The notes: generated from the sequence alone by a model not told the origin. 64,000 nucleotides of DNA from Verrucomicrobiia bacterium (GCA_049692125.1 JBAVOO010000037.1:34299-98298); one strand, 5' to 3'. Counted from the first letter of the stretch, positions 24,944 to 34,121 are shown. Made by a program: numbers and translations.

Positions 24944-27400
24944 TTATTGCCCGGGCAACAACGGGGGTTTTGTTTTGATTGCCTGGAGCCAGATGACGAG
25001 CAGCCAGCACAGCAGGACGGTCACGGCAAAACCGGCAAGCCATAATCCGAGAATCAAGCTGGCCGGTTTATAGATGAATTCGAGCGTTCCGTTTCCAGCA
25101 GGGACAACAACGCCGCGAACGGCATAGTTTGCCCGAAGAACCGGCACGGGCCGCCCCTTCCAATACGCGCGCCATCCCCGGTCCCAATTATCAGCCAGCA
25201 CCACCAATCCCGGCGTTTCCATTTGTGCCGATATCGTGATGTGGGTTGGGGTTTCGTTTTCGATTTGAGCTGTGCCGCGACACAAGGCGGGCAATTCGAC
25301 GGTCGTTTCCACCAACGCAACATCGGCTGGATTGAACTGCGGCGAAGCCAGCGTTTCCAATTCTTCACCATCGCTGGTTGCCGCCTTGACCGACTTGGGA
25401 ACAAATACGCGTGGAAGGGCGTTGGAGTTGATCAAGACCCAATAGTCGTTTCCTTGAAATGCGGGTTTGACTGATGGTGGAGGGGTGCCACGAAAAACAC
25501 CATATCGTACGTCGAGCATGTCCAGAACTGGAACCAGCTGGACCGTGCCTGCCAGAGAGAAGTATCCTTTCGGCATCAGAAATTGAGTTTTTGCGTAGGG
25601 GGCAATTTCATCCGGCATGGCCGTTGTTTTCAGCAAAGCCACCATGCGCATCGGATCAATGGAGTCATATCCTCTGATATCATTTAAACCCTGCATCATG
25701 GCCAGCGATGCGGGCAGACAATTGAAGCCGATGACGCAGCCGGGAGAGGACTGGGCAATCTGGTCCAGGACTGGAATCCCCGGATAGTAAAGCTTCGGAT
25801 CACATTGTGCGCTGCGGCCATAGCCAAACTGAAGCAAATCGCCCACCAAAAAAATTGCGAACACCGGAAACAGACGAAAACGCCCCATCCCTTGAATCCA
25901 TACCAGCAACCAGCCCAGAAACCCCAGAGCACAAAGTTCCGCCATGATCGTGTAATGACGGCTGAACCAGGCCTGGATCGGTTCCACGTCCGCGGGGACT
26001 TGAGCGTAACCCCAAAGTTCCTGGTGGAAGGCATCGAACGCGGGTTGCGTGGCGATGGGTTCGGGCAACACCAGGCAACGGTAGGCGCACCAGCCGAAAA
26101 GCGCGGCCAGCAAGGCTGCCGGCAACCAGAACCACCATCGCCGCTGGATTGAACCGTGCAAAAGGGTTTCCAGTCCGAGGGCAGTCAGGACGAGAATGGC
26201 GAAGGATGTCAGGAACACGAGACGATTGTGTGACATCATGTTCAATCCGGGCAAACGCAACAGATTAACGAAACCCGGAACATTCAGAGCCCAACTCAGA
26301 CCGAAGAACGCGAGAAAAATCCAAAACGCATTGGCGGCGCGATGACGCCGGCTGCACCATGCCAGAGGCGCGACCAGCAGGGTGGCCAATACACCAGTGT
26401 ATGCCGCCGATGCGCTCTCTGAAAGATTTGGCTCAAACGGTGTGATAAAAATGCTTCCTTTTTCATTTGTGCCGTAAATATCGGGCAATACCACTTGCGG
26501 TATTGCGGTCAGCCCCGCTGGCGGTCGTTCCTCCATGCCTTCGTTGCGATGCGCCATACGGGAACCGGTTTGTGCATATTCCAACAGGGGCAGCATATGC
26601 GGCGCCGCCAACAAAAAGCCCAGCCCCCAGCCAAGAACCAACATCGCAATTGCTGTCCTTGATTTCCGGCAAAACCACCCGCCGGGGCAGGAGTTCCACA
26701 AACACCAACCTGCATAAATTCCAGAGCCCAAAAGCACTTGTCCGGCGACATCAAGGTGGCCGCTGGTTAATGCCAAAAACGTTACGATGCTTAAGCCGAG
26801 GGCTGCCAATGGATTCGTGCCGCGTACAGTTTTATCCACACACAAGAAAATCCACGGAAGCCAATGAACCGCCAAACCTGTGGGAAAACCCTGCCAAAGA
26901 ACAAAAAAGGCCGTCAAAGGATAACACCAGGCACAAACCGTCGCCGGCCAAAAGCTGACCCGCAACGATTGCCGGCAAAAGAAATACATTCCGATGCCGG
27001 CCACCAGCGCGGCAAAGAGTTGTCCCCAAGCGAGTATGACCGGGGATTTTATCAGGCATTCCAAAAGGAGAAAAAGTGAGTATTTCGGCCACACGAACGG
27101 AACGCCTCCATATTGATAAGGAGCCCACAAGGGAAAACGGCCCCGGTGAATTTCCGAAATCGCAAATTGCCGGGCGGGTTCAAATTGATAGATCAAGTCG
27201 GACAATTCCCCGTTCTGCGGCACTCTCTTTGCCGTTTCCGGAGTTTGGGGGATATAAATTCCCGGTTGAGCGAGAATATCCAATGGCAGCAGGATTTTCT
27301 GTCCAATCAATGATGGCCCGTATAGAACCGCTTGTCCTAAAACAATACCTGCAGCGACAATGAGAAATTTCAAATTTTTTCCTGGCTGTAAATTTTTCAT
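24944..27400 (-). CDS. large polytopic membrane protein, YfhO-like, paralogue 2
   Basis: 818 aa and collinear with 21602..24064 throughout (for example FAISEIHRGRFPLWAPYQYGGVPFVWPKYSLFLL and VLADNWDRGWRAYWKGRPVPVLRANYAVRGVVVPAGNGTLEFIYKP). Confidence 0.85.
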   Translation of the reverse strand: MKNLQPGKNLKFLIVAAGIVLGQAVLYGPSLIGQKILLPLDILAQPGIYIPQTPETAKRVPQNGELSDLIYQFEPARQFAISEIHRGRFPLWAPYQYGGVPFVWPKYSLFLLLECLIKSPVILAWGQLFAALVAGIGMYFFCRQSLRVSFWPATVCAWCYPLTAFFVLWQGFPTGLAVHWLPWIFLCVDKTVRGTNPLAALGLSIVTFLALTSGHLDVAGQVLLGSGIYAGWCLWNSCPGGWFCRKSRTAIAMLVLGWGLGFLLAAPHMLPLLEYAQTGSRMAHRNEGMEERPPAGLTAIPQVVLPDIYGTNEKGSIFITPFEPNLSESASAAYTGVLATLLVAPLAWCSRRHRAANAFWIFLAFFGLSWALNVPGFVNLLRLPGLNMMSHNRLVFLTSFAILVLTALGLETLLHGSIQRRWWFWLPAALLAALFGWCAYRCLVLPEPIATQPAFDAFHQELWGYAQVPADVEPIQAWFSRHYTIMAELCALGFLGWLLVWIQGMGRFRLFPVFAIFLVGDLLQFGYGRSAQCDPKLYYPGIPVLDQIAQSSPGCVIGFNCLPASLAMMQGLNDIRGYDSIDPMRMVALLKTTAMPDEIAPYAKTQFLMPKGYFSLAGTVQLVPVLDMLDVRYGVFRGTPPPSVKPAFQGNDYWVLINSNALPRVFVPKSVKAATSDGEELETLASPQFNPADVALVETTVELPALCRGTAQIENETPTHITISAQMETPGLVVLADNWDRGWRAYWKGRPVPVLRANYAVRGVVVPAGNGTLEFIYKPASLILGLWLAGFAVTVLLCWLLVIWLQAIKTKPPLLPGQ

Positions 27401-27430
27401 TGCTCATCGCTGAAACAGCTGCCGCGGACC

Positions 27431-28360
27431 TCAAGGAAAAAACGGGTTGTGCGCCTTTTCCTCCGCCACCGTCGTCAGCGGGCCGTGGCCGGGGCAAATC
27501 AACGTCTCCGCCGGCAGGGTGAAAATTTGTTCGCGCACCTTTTGCCTCGCCAAATCCCACGACTGGTTTCCGCGCCCGATTGAGCCGGCGAAAATCGCAT
27601 CACCCACCATCGCCACGTGCGGCGCGTCGTCCGGCCACGTGCCGATGATATAGGTCACGCCATCCTCCGCGTGGCCGGGGGTTTCGCGGTTCGTGATGCG
27701 CAGGCTGCCGAGCATAATGAAATCGTTGCGCCGATTGCGGTGTTGCGGCGGGGTGCCCCGGGCATCCGTGTGCAAATGAATTTTTGGGAAGCGTTCGCGA
27801 ATCTGCTGCAGTCCCGCCACGTGGTCCTCGTGCGTGTGCGTGATGAACAGATGTTTGAGTTGAAGCTGATTTTCCTCAATCAGCTTGAAAACGGACGCGG
27901 GATCCCAGCCGGTGTCGAACAACGCGGCATCGCGCGTGACTTCGTCCCAAATCAAATAACACTGCACGGTGTTGCCGCCCCCGGTCGTGCTGATTTGCCG
28001 CAGCTCGCGCCAGAGGCTCAAATCCTTTTCGCCCGGATGCCAGCCGTTGGCAATGCCTTCGAGCCCGGCTGGATTCAGCCCGATGAGGTTCGCCAGCGCC
28101 GTGAAATCCGGTCGCTTGCCGGGTTGTCCGGTTTCTTCCAGCGCGGACAGTTCAGTTTCGGAAATTCCCGCCACGGCTGCCGCAATTGAGGCTGAAACAC
28201 CGCTCATCGCCCGTGCCTTGCGAATAATGTCACCCAGATGATCTTCAAGATTCACGCTGGAACGGTAGCGGTCAGTGCCAATGACCGCAAGCATGCGACT
28301 TGACGCCAGCGGATGGTATACTACAAGTTTGGCGGAAATCGGATCGCATGTTTCACTCAA
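27431..28360 (-). CDS. XRE-type HTH domain fused to an MBL-fold metallo-hydrolase
   Basis: 309 aa. It has an HTH-like LGDIIRKARAMSGVSASIAAAVAGISETELSALEETG, then the MBL motifs ITHTHEDHVAGL (HxHxDH), TPGHAEDG, and GDAIFAGSIGR..CPGHGP. The start is uncertain (M1 or M23). Confidence 0.85.
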   Translation of the reverse strand: MSETCDPISAKLVVYHPLASSRMLAVIGTDRYRSSVNLEDHLGDIIRKARAMSGVSASIAAAVAGISETELSALEETGQPGKRPDFTALANLIGLNPAGLEGIANGWHPGEKDLSLWRELRQISTTGGGNTVQCYLIWDEVTRDAALFDTGWDPASVFKLIEENQLQLKHLFITHTHEDHVAGLQQIRERFPKIHLHTDARGTPPQHRNRRNDFIMLGSLRITNRETPGHAEDGVTYIIGTWPDDAPHVAMVGDAIFAGSIGRGNQSWDLARQKVREQIFTLPAETLICPGHGPLTTVAEEKAHNPFFP

Positions 28361-28524
28361 AACCCAACAAAGAGACCGAACGTTATTACCTGCTGCCGGG
28401 CATGGGTGGGCAGTCGTTTCGTCGCAAACAAATATTTTTTTGGAAATGGTCCATTATCGCCGGGCTGGGGATATCGGCGATTTTGGCGGGGTTGTTGTAT
28501 TTATTGAATCGTTTTGTCTTGTGA
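28348..28524 (+). CDS. possible small single-TM membrane protein
   Basis: From the internal ATG at 28348: MFHSKPNKETERYYLLPGMGGQSFRRKQIFFWKWSIIAGLGISAILAGLLYLLNRFVL. It has one clear TM helix, lies upstream of the PPIase gene, and has no recognised homology. Confidence 0.3.
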   Translation: MFHSKPNKETERYYLLPGMGGQSFRRKQIFFWKWSIIAGLGISAILAGLLYLLNRFVL

Positions 28525-28575
28525 GCAGCGCGCTTGACCCGCCGGGGTTTGTTGTTAGCATGCGCGCAGATTTTG

Positions 28576-29535
28576 ATGAAGTTTTTCCGTTTCATTACAA
28601 TTCTGGCGGCGGCTTTTGGTTTCAACTTGCCGTTGCACGCGGAATTGGTTGATGCCATCAAGGCCGTGGTGAATGACGGGGTTGTCACGTATGCGGAAGT
28701 CGAAGAATTTGCCGCGCCGGCGGCCCAGGCGTTGCGGCGGGAATATGCCGGCCAGCCGGACATGTTCCGGCAAAAACTTGGCGACGCGCTCAGCGACGGT
28801 CAGGAGCAACTGGTCGAGCGGCAGTTGATTCTGCATGACTTTGACACGGAGGGCTACCGGCTGCCCGAGACCGTCGTGGACGAACTGGTCCAGGACCGCA
28901 TCCGCGAACGGTTCGGCGACCGCATCACGCTGATGAAGACGCTTCAGGCGCAGGGCCAGACGTTCGAAAAATTCCGCAGGGACGTGCGCGATCAATACAT
29001 CGTTTCCGCGTTGCGCGCCAAAAGCACTGCGCCGGAAAAAATCATCATCTCACCCTACAAGGTTGAAACTTACTATCTCGTCCACCAGGACGATTTCAAA
29101 GTTGAGGACGAAGTCAAATTGCGCATGATCGTGCTCAACAAAACATCCGGCGACGACACCAACACGGTGCGCCTGGCCGGCGAAATCCTTGCCCAAATCA
29201 AGGAAGGCGCGACGTTTCAGGAAATGGCCTCCGTTTATTCGCAAGATTCGCAGCGCAGCCAGGGTGGCGATCGGGGCTGGGTCGAACGCTCCTTTTTGCG
29301 CAAGGAACTCGCTGACATCGCCTTCGCGCTCAAACCCGGCCAGGTCAGCGATGTGATTGAAATGCCCGAAGCCTGCTACCTCATGCTGGTCGAACAGGCG
29401 CGCCCCGCGCACGTCAAACCGCTCAACGAAGTGCGTGATGACGTGGAGTTGACCCTCCGCACCCAGGCGCAGAAACAACTCGAACAACAGTGGATTGATC
29501 AATTGAAAAAGAAAACGTTCATCCGCCTGTTCTAA
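28576..29535 (+). CDS. SurA-like periplasmic chaperone / parvulin-type peptidyl-prolyl isomerase
   Basis: From ATG 28576, the signal peptide is MKFFRFITILAAAFGFNLPLHA. There is a SurA_N-like region and a parvulin domain (FQEMASVYSQDSQRSQGGDRGWVERSFLRKELADIAFALKPGQVSDVIE). The classical surA-pdxA gene order is present. Confidence 0.85.
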   Translation: MKFFRFITILAAAFGFNLPLHAELVDAIKAVVNDGVVTYAEVEEFAAPAAQALRREYAGQPDMFRQKLGDALSDGQEQLVERQLILHDFDTEGYRLPETVVDELVQDRIRERFGDRITLMKTLQAQGQTFEKFRRDVRDQYIVSALRAKSTAPEKIIISPYKVETYYLVHQDDFKVEDEVKLRMIVLNKTSGDDTNTVRLAGEILAQIKEGATFQEMASVYSQDSQRSQGGDRGWVERSFLRKELADIAFALKPGQVSDVIEMPEACYLMLVEQARPAHVKPLNEVRDDVELTLRTQAQKQLEQQWIDQLKKKTFIRLF

Positions 29536-29626
29536 ATTCCGCTGTGAGTTGGGAACATTTTTTCTCTCAACTCCTTGGCCCGGCGAAACGAAGCGAAGAC
29601 GGCTCAACCAACAACTCTTAACTTTA

Positions 29627-30619
29627 ATGACTGGCTGGATTGGCATCACGCTTGGCGATGTCACCGGCATCGGCCCCGAAGTCGCGCTCAAAGCCATCGC
29701 CGCCGAAACCGCCGGCGATCAAACGCGCTACCTGCTGATGGGCGACAGGGATTGCGTGCTTCACCTCAACCAGAAGCCCGGACTCAATCTGCCGCTGAAA
29801 AATTTTTCCAATTACGGCGACTCCGGCCGGTTCTTCGTCACGAATCCATTGGCCGGACCACTGCCGGAAAATTTGCCCGCCGGTTCACCCGTTGCTGCGC
29901 ACGCGGCCATTGCATCGCTGCGTGATGGCGCCGAACGCTGCCTCCGCCACGAATTGGACGCGCTCGTCACCGCGCCGGTCAACAAGGAATCCATCATCCG
30001 CGCCGGTCATAAATTTACCGGCCAGACTGAATTTCTCTCCGGACTCGCCAAGGCCAGACGCACCGCGATGATGCTGCTCGGCCAGGATGAACGCGGACGC
30101 TGGTTGCGCGTCGCGCTGGCCACGATTCACATTCCGCTCAAGACCGTCGCTGAAAAACTCACACCGGAAAAACTCGCGCTCGCCATCGAGCTGGCCGCGC
30201 AAGCCTGTCGCGATTTGGGTTTGCCTCGCGCGCGCGTCGCCGTTTGCGGTTTGAATCCCCACGCGGGCGAGGGCGGGCAATTTGGTGACGAGGAGATTAA
30301 AATCATCACGCCAACGGTTCTCGCCGCGCAAAAATGCGGACTCGACGTTGTTGGCCCGTTGAGCGGCGACACGGTTTTTCATTATGCCCTGCAGGGGGAT
30401 TTTGATGTGGTGGTCGCGATGTATCACGACCAGGGGCTTGCGCCGCTGAAAGCCGTCGCGTTTGACACCGGTGTGAACTGGACGCTGGGCCTGCCCTTCA
30501 TCCGCACGTCACCCGACCACGGCACGGCTTACGACATCGCGGGAAAAGGAATCGCCAATCCATCGAGCACGATTGCCGCCATTCGACTGGCAAAGCAACT
30601 GGCGAAAAGCCGTGCGTGA
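29627..30619 (+). CDS. pdxA: 4-hydroxythreonine-4-phosphate dehydrogenase
   Basis: From ATG 29627: MTGWIGITLGDVTGIGPEVALKA...VTAPVNKESI...FTGQTEFL...LATIHIPL..V...GLNPHAGEGG.FG.EE...VAMYHDQGLAPLK...VNWTLGLPFIRTSPDHGTAYDIAG.G.A. Confidence 0.93.
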   Translation: MTGWIGITLGDVTGIGPEVALKAIAAETAGDQTRYLLMGDRDCVLHLNQKPGLNLPLKNFSNYGDSGRFFVTNPLAGPLPENLPAGSPVAAHAAIASLRDGAERCLRHELDALVTAPVNKESIIRAGHKFTGQTEFLSGLAKARRTAMMLLGQDERGRWLRVALATIHIPLKTVAEKLTPEKLALAIELAAQACRDLGLPRARVAVCGLNPHAGEGGQFGDEEIKIITPTVLAAQKCGLDVVGPLSGDTVFHYALQGDFDVVVAMYHDQGLAPLKAVAFDTGVNWTLGLPFIRTSPDHGTAYDIAGKGIANPSSTIAAIRLAKQLAKSRA

Positions 30620-30782
30620 TTTGTGGTGGCACCCGCGTCCCGCGGGTCGTTTCGGGCGTCGCGCCCGAAACGGACGGCGGGCACAGGTTATGGGTGCTTG
30701 TGCCGATTGTCAGCCATTCGCCGTTTACCGTGGCAATTCGGCGGGACGCCGAGTTGAACCCGCCGGAGGCGGGTGCTACCGA

Positions 30783-31628
30783 TTAACCGCCAATCAACTC
30801 GCGAACTTTGGATTGAATATCGCCGCCCCGCATCAACGATTCGCCCACCAGAATGGCATTGGCGCCGCACTTCTTCAATCGTTCCACATCCCCGCGTGCA
30901 TGAATGCCGCTTTCGGCGACGAGCAAAGTAGGACAGGCATCTTGCCGGTCTCCATTTTTTAATTTAGAGACAGGCTGGAAACCTGTCCTACAGTTTAACT
31001 TCGCCGCCAGCCGTTCCGTTGTCGCCAGGTCCACCTTGAAATTTTTCAAATTGCGATTGTTCACGCCGATGAGGCTGGCGCCAATTTTCATCGCCCGGGC
31101 CAATTCCGTCTCATCATGCACTTCAACCAGCGCGGCCAGACCCGCTTCCATCGCGAGGGAATGGAATTTTTTCAATTGTTCGTCGCTCAAGATGGCCACG
31201 ACGAGCAAAATCGCGTCCGCGCCCCACTCGATGGCTTCGAGGATTTGCCGCTCATCAATCATGAAGTCCTTGCGCAGCAGCGGCAGCTTCACGGCGGCGC
31301 GGATTTGACGGAGATGATCGAGCGCCCCTTGGAAAAACCTCTCGTCGGTCAGGACCGACAAACAACTTGCGCCCGCCGCTTCGTATTCCTTCGCGATGCG
31401 AACCGGATCGAAGTCCTGGCAGATCACCCCTGCCGACGGCGACGCTTTTTTGACCTCGGCAATCAGCGCGATGTCACCGTGTCGCGGGGGCTGCAACGCC
31501 GCGACAAAGTCACGCTGTTCGTCGCGTTCGAGCAACGCGTCGCGCAAATCGCCGGCGGCCAGTGCGCGCTCCGAAAGGCGGGCGACCTCCAGCTTCTTTT
31601 GTTCAACAATGGTGTCGAGAATGGACAT
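30783..31628 (-). CDS. trpC: indole-3-glycerol-phosphate synthase
   Basis: 281 aa: MSILDTIVEQKKLEV...ALIAEVKKASPSAGVI...YE.AGASCLSVLTDE.FFQG....L.......LPLLRKDFMIDE.QI.EA...GADAILL..A.L...IGVNNRNL..F.VDL.TT..L......VAESGI. It carries an in-frame palindromic insert (30928-30991). Confidence 0.93.
   Translation of the reverse strand: MSILDTIVEQKKLEVARLSERALAAGDLRDALLERDEQRDFVAALQPPRHGDIALIAEVKKASPSAGVICQDFDPVRIAKEYEAAGASCLSVLTDERFFQGALDHLRQIRAAVKLPLLRKDFMIDERQILEAIEWGADAILLVVAILSDEQLKKFHSLAMEAGLAALVEVHDETELARAMKIGASLIGVNNRNLKNFKVDLATTERLAAKLNCRTGFQPVSKLKNGDRQDACPTLLVAESGIHARGDVERLKKCGANAILVGESLMRGGDIQSKVRELIGG
30928..30991. repeat. GTAGGACAGG-type palindromic element inserted in frame in trpC
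   Basis: gtaggacaggcatcttgccggtctc (30928-30952), a 14-nt AT-rich loop, then gagacaggctggaaacctgtcctac (30967-30991). The termini gtaggacagg / cctgtcctac are perfectly complementary. The architecture (GTAGGA...GTCTC) matches the argJ element. Confidence 0.8.
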
Positions 31629-31631
31629 GGG

Positions 31632-31759
31632 AAAATGACGAATGACTAAATCCTAATGTCTAAAGAATGACGAAGCCCTAATTCCCCCAAAGCGTGCCTG
31701 TTCGTCATTTGAGCATTTGAACATTCTTTAGTCATTCGTCATTATGGTTTAGTCATTTA
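31632..31759. repeat. AATGAC-word palindromic element, copy 3
   Basis: aaaatgacgaatgactaaatcctaatgtctaaagaatgacgaagc...gttcgtcatttgagc...attctttagtcattcgtcattatggtttagtcattta. It lies between the prfB stop and the trpC start. Confidence 0.85.
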
Positions 31760-32903
31760 CTCGTCTTCATCCTTCACTCCCTGCATCCGCTTGGTCGGGC
31801 AGCCGGCGCGGAGCCAGCCATTCACGAACGCATCCAAATCCCCGTCCATCACCGCCGGCACATTGCTCGTTTCCACGCCGGTGCGCAAATCCTTCACCAT
31901 GCGATACGGCTGGAAAACGTAGCTGCGGATCTGGTTGCCCCACGAGATGCTGCCCTTCTCACCGTAAAACCGTTCCATATCGGCCTTCTGCGCGTCCTGC
32001 CGTTGCGCGAAAATCCGCGACAGCAAAAGCCGCATTGCGGTGGCGCGGTTCTGGTGTTGCGAACGCTGGGTCTGCGAGGCGACGACGAGACCGGTTGGAA
32101 TGTGGGTGATGCGCACGGCGGTTTCGACCTTGTTCACGTTCTGGCCGCCCTTGCCACCGGAACGGAACGTATCCACCTGGAATTCATTCGGCGGGATGAC
32201 GATGTCGGTTGAGGATTCCTCGATTTCCGCAATCACGTCCACGCTGGCGAAACTCGTGTGCCGGCGTTTGTTGGCGTCGAACGGCGAGATGCGCACGAGC
32301 CGGTGCACGCCGCGTTCAGCCTTGGCAAAGCCGTAGGCGTTTTCGCCCTGGAGCAGCATCGTGATGCTCTTGAGTCCCGCGCCTTCGCCGGGCAGCGCGT
32401 CGGTGACTTCAACCTCCCAGCCGCGCGATTCGGCCCAGCGTTGATACATGCGCGACAGCATTTCCGCCCAATCCTGCGCCTCGGTGCCGCCGGCACCGGC
32501 GTTGATGCTGAGGATGCAATTCTTCCGGTCATGCGGGCCGCTGAGAAAAACCTTCAGTTCCAGCGCGTCGAGTTCCTTGGAAAATTTTGCGAGGTCGCGG
32601 GTGAGTTCCTGTTCCACCTGCGCCTGCGCTTCGGGCGGTTCGCCCTCGCCGAGTTCGAGCATGACGCGGAAATCGTCCAGTTGCTTTTCCGCCTGGAGCA
32701 GCGGCTCGATTTTGTTGCGGAGGGAATTGGCCTCGTCAATCAGCCCTTGCGCCTTTTCGCGGTTGTTCCAGAAATTGTCGGCGGCCATGAGCGAATTGAG
32801 TTCGCCCAGACGTTTTTGCGTGGCAGAAACGTCAAAGAAACCTCCGCAGATGCGTGAGTTTCCCGGCGGCGCTGGCAATGTCGGTTTTAACCGTTTCGAA
32901 CAT
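31757..32903 (-). CDS. prfB: peptide chain release factor 2 (two frames joined by a programmed +1 frameshift)
   Basis: Frame 0 runs from ATG 32903: MFETVKTDIASAAGKLTHLRRFL, then an in-frame TGA (32834-32832). The +1 frame continues DVSATQKRLGELN... to 31757 and includes the SPF and GGQ motifs (RSGGKGGQNVNKVETAVRITHIPTG). The track ORF 31757..32878 is the downstream frame only. Confidence 0.93.
32831..32846 (-). promoter_or_regulatory. RF2 autoregulatory +1 frameshift site
   Basis: The reverse strand reads CGG AGG TTT CTT TGA C: an SD-like GGAGG three nt upstream of the slippery CTT followed by TGA-C. This is the same architecture as the E. coli prfB site (AGG GGG TAT CTT TGA C). Confidence 0.9.
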
Positions 32904-32907
32904 TGGT

Positions 32908-32953
32908 GAAGAATACAGAAACCAGAAACCAGAATCCAGAACGGAAAACCAAA
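32908..32953. repeat. CCAGAA-word low-complexity spacer
   Basis: gaagaatacagaaaccagaaaccagaatccagaacggaaaaccaaag. A short sibling, cagaatccagaatccagaaggg, lies at 34215-34236 on the other side of the pilin-like gene. Confidence 0.6.
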
Positions 32954-32954
32954 G

Positions 32955-34121
32955 TCAGCCTGCGCGTTGCATTTTCCTGCGATGCGACCTTCGCCACCAT
33001 GCGAACAGCAACCAGAGCAGAAAAATCAGCCAGATCAACAAATAGAAGCCAATGATAATCCTACGCAGTGTTTTTGCGAGGCGCTGGTCAAACGTCGATG
33101 TCATCGAATCCTTCTCTTCGGGTGTGACCGTTCCCCCGGCCGGCGCGTTGGTGGAAAAAGAGTTTGGTGGATTCTTCCTGGCTGCGTCCGGCAGGCTTTG
33201 CGGCCTGGGTTGGCTGGGGGTCTTCTGGCTGAATCTGCCCTGGCTGCCGGGAGAATTGTTTGCCGGATTCTCCGGTGGAGGGATCGGGGTTGCCGATGGA
33301 GAGGCTGCTGCCGATGGAGAGGCTGCTGCTGCCGATGGAGGTGGCGGCGTTGCAACACCGGGATTGGCGGCGGAATAATTCTGGGAACCACCGGAAATAG
33401 GAACGGGAACATTGGGGCCGGGAAGGACGGAAGGCATGAATAAATCGGCTCCAGCCTGTTGCCCCCCGGCACCAACCAGCGCCGCATTGTTCCATTCCTC
33501 CACCTGACCGCCGGCGAACAAAATGTTGCCCTTGAATTGGTGCAATTCCCACGTCCACCGCAATGGATTGTCGGCTTCGATGTGCAGAATGCTGGGATTC
33601 GGCAACGAATTGGCCGTGAGATTCCGGTCGCCGGCCAGGATGGAATCCGGTTTTGAGAAATCGGCTTTCACGCCGATGAAATAACTGAGATTGCTGTTTT
33701 GAAGCGCGCCAAAATTCGTTGCGGCAAGCCGCGGGTCGGTCGGACAGGTCAGAACGGACGGCATACTCAACTCGTTGGAAAGCACCTGGAACTGGCGGAA
33801 CGAGAAATAAAACTCTCCATCCACAGCATAACCATTCTGTACGAATTCCGCCGCCCCGCCTTCATTCGTCGAAGCTGACATGGGAAACTTGCCGTCGTGA
33901 TCGTGCGTGAAAATATGAAACGCGATTCCCGCTTGATGCAGATTGTTTTCGCACCCGATGCGTTTGGCCCGCGCTTCGCTCTGATTCAGCACCGGCAGCA
34001 GCAAGGCAGCGAGGAGGCCGATGATGGCGATGACACAAAGCAATTCCACCAGTGTGAACGCACCCGCCCTGCGACTGGACCGGTTGGAATTCATGCTCAA
34101 AAAAGAATTAGCATCGGCCAT
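32955..34121 (-). CDS. prepilin-type N-terminal domain / H-X9-DG-family (DUF1559-like) protein with a Pro-rich linker and a C-terminal TM anchor
   Basis: 388 aa: RRAGAFTLVELLCVIAIIGLLAALLLPVL (class III signal-like), a core shared with the two downstream paralogues (KFPMSAS.NEGGA...LSNEL..P.VL.CP.D...AATNF...N.SYF), then a P/S/A-rich stretch and the tail IIIGFYLLIWLIFLLWLLFAWWRRSHRRK. An alternative start is ATG 34094. Confidence 0.85.
   Translation of the reverse strand: MADANSFLSMNSNRSSRRAGAFTLVELLCVIAIIGLLAALLLPVLNQSEARAKRIGCENNLHQAGIAFHIFTHDHDGKFPMSASTNEGGAAEFVQNGYAVDGEFYFSFRQFQVLSNELSMPSVLTCPTDPRLAATNFGALQNSNLSYFIGVKADFSKPDSILAGDRNLTANSLPNPSILHIEADNPLRWTWELHQFKGNILFAGGQVEEWNNAALVGAGGQQAGADLFMPSVLPGPNVPVPISGGSQNYSAANPGVATPPPPSAAAASPSAAASPSATPIPPPENPANNSPGSQGRFSQKTPSQPRPQSLPDAARKNPPNSFSTNAPAGGTVTPEEKDSMTSTFDQRLAKTLRRIIIGFYLLIWLIFLLWLLFAWWRRSHRRKMQRAG

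Noticed and set aside
21508-27500. The four ~70-90-bp MBL-end copies, considered as integron attC-like cassette boundaries
   Set aside because: The repeats are not imperfect palindromes and lack R''/L''-L'/R' symmetry or GTTRRRY cores. They retain the reading frame of the MBL C-terminus (CPGHGPLTTVAEEK), and no intI gene is present. Segmental duplication explains them better.
30620-30782. GC-rich stems between the convergent pdxA and trpC (for example gtttcgggcg-tc-gcgcccgaaac), considered as an RNA gene
   Set aside because: They are more simply convergent-terminator or repeat hairpins of the same kind seen elsewhere. No conserved RNA family features were recognised.
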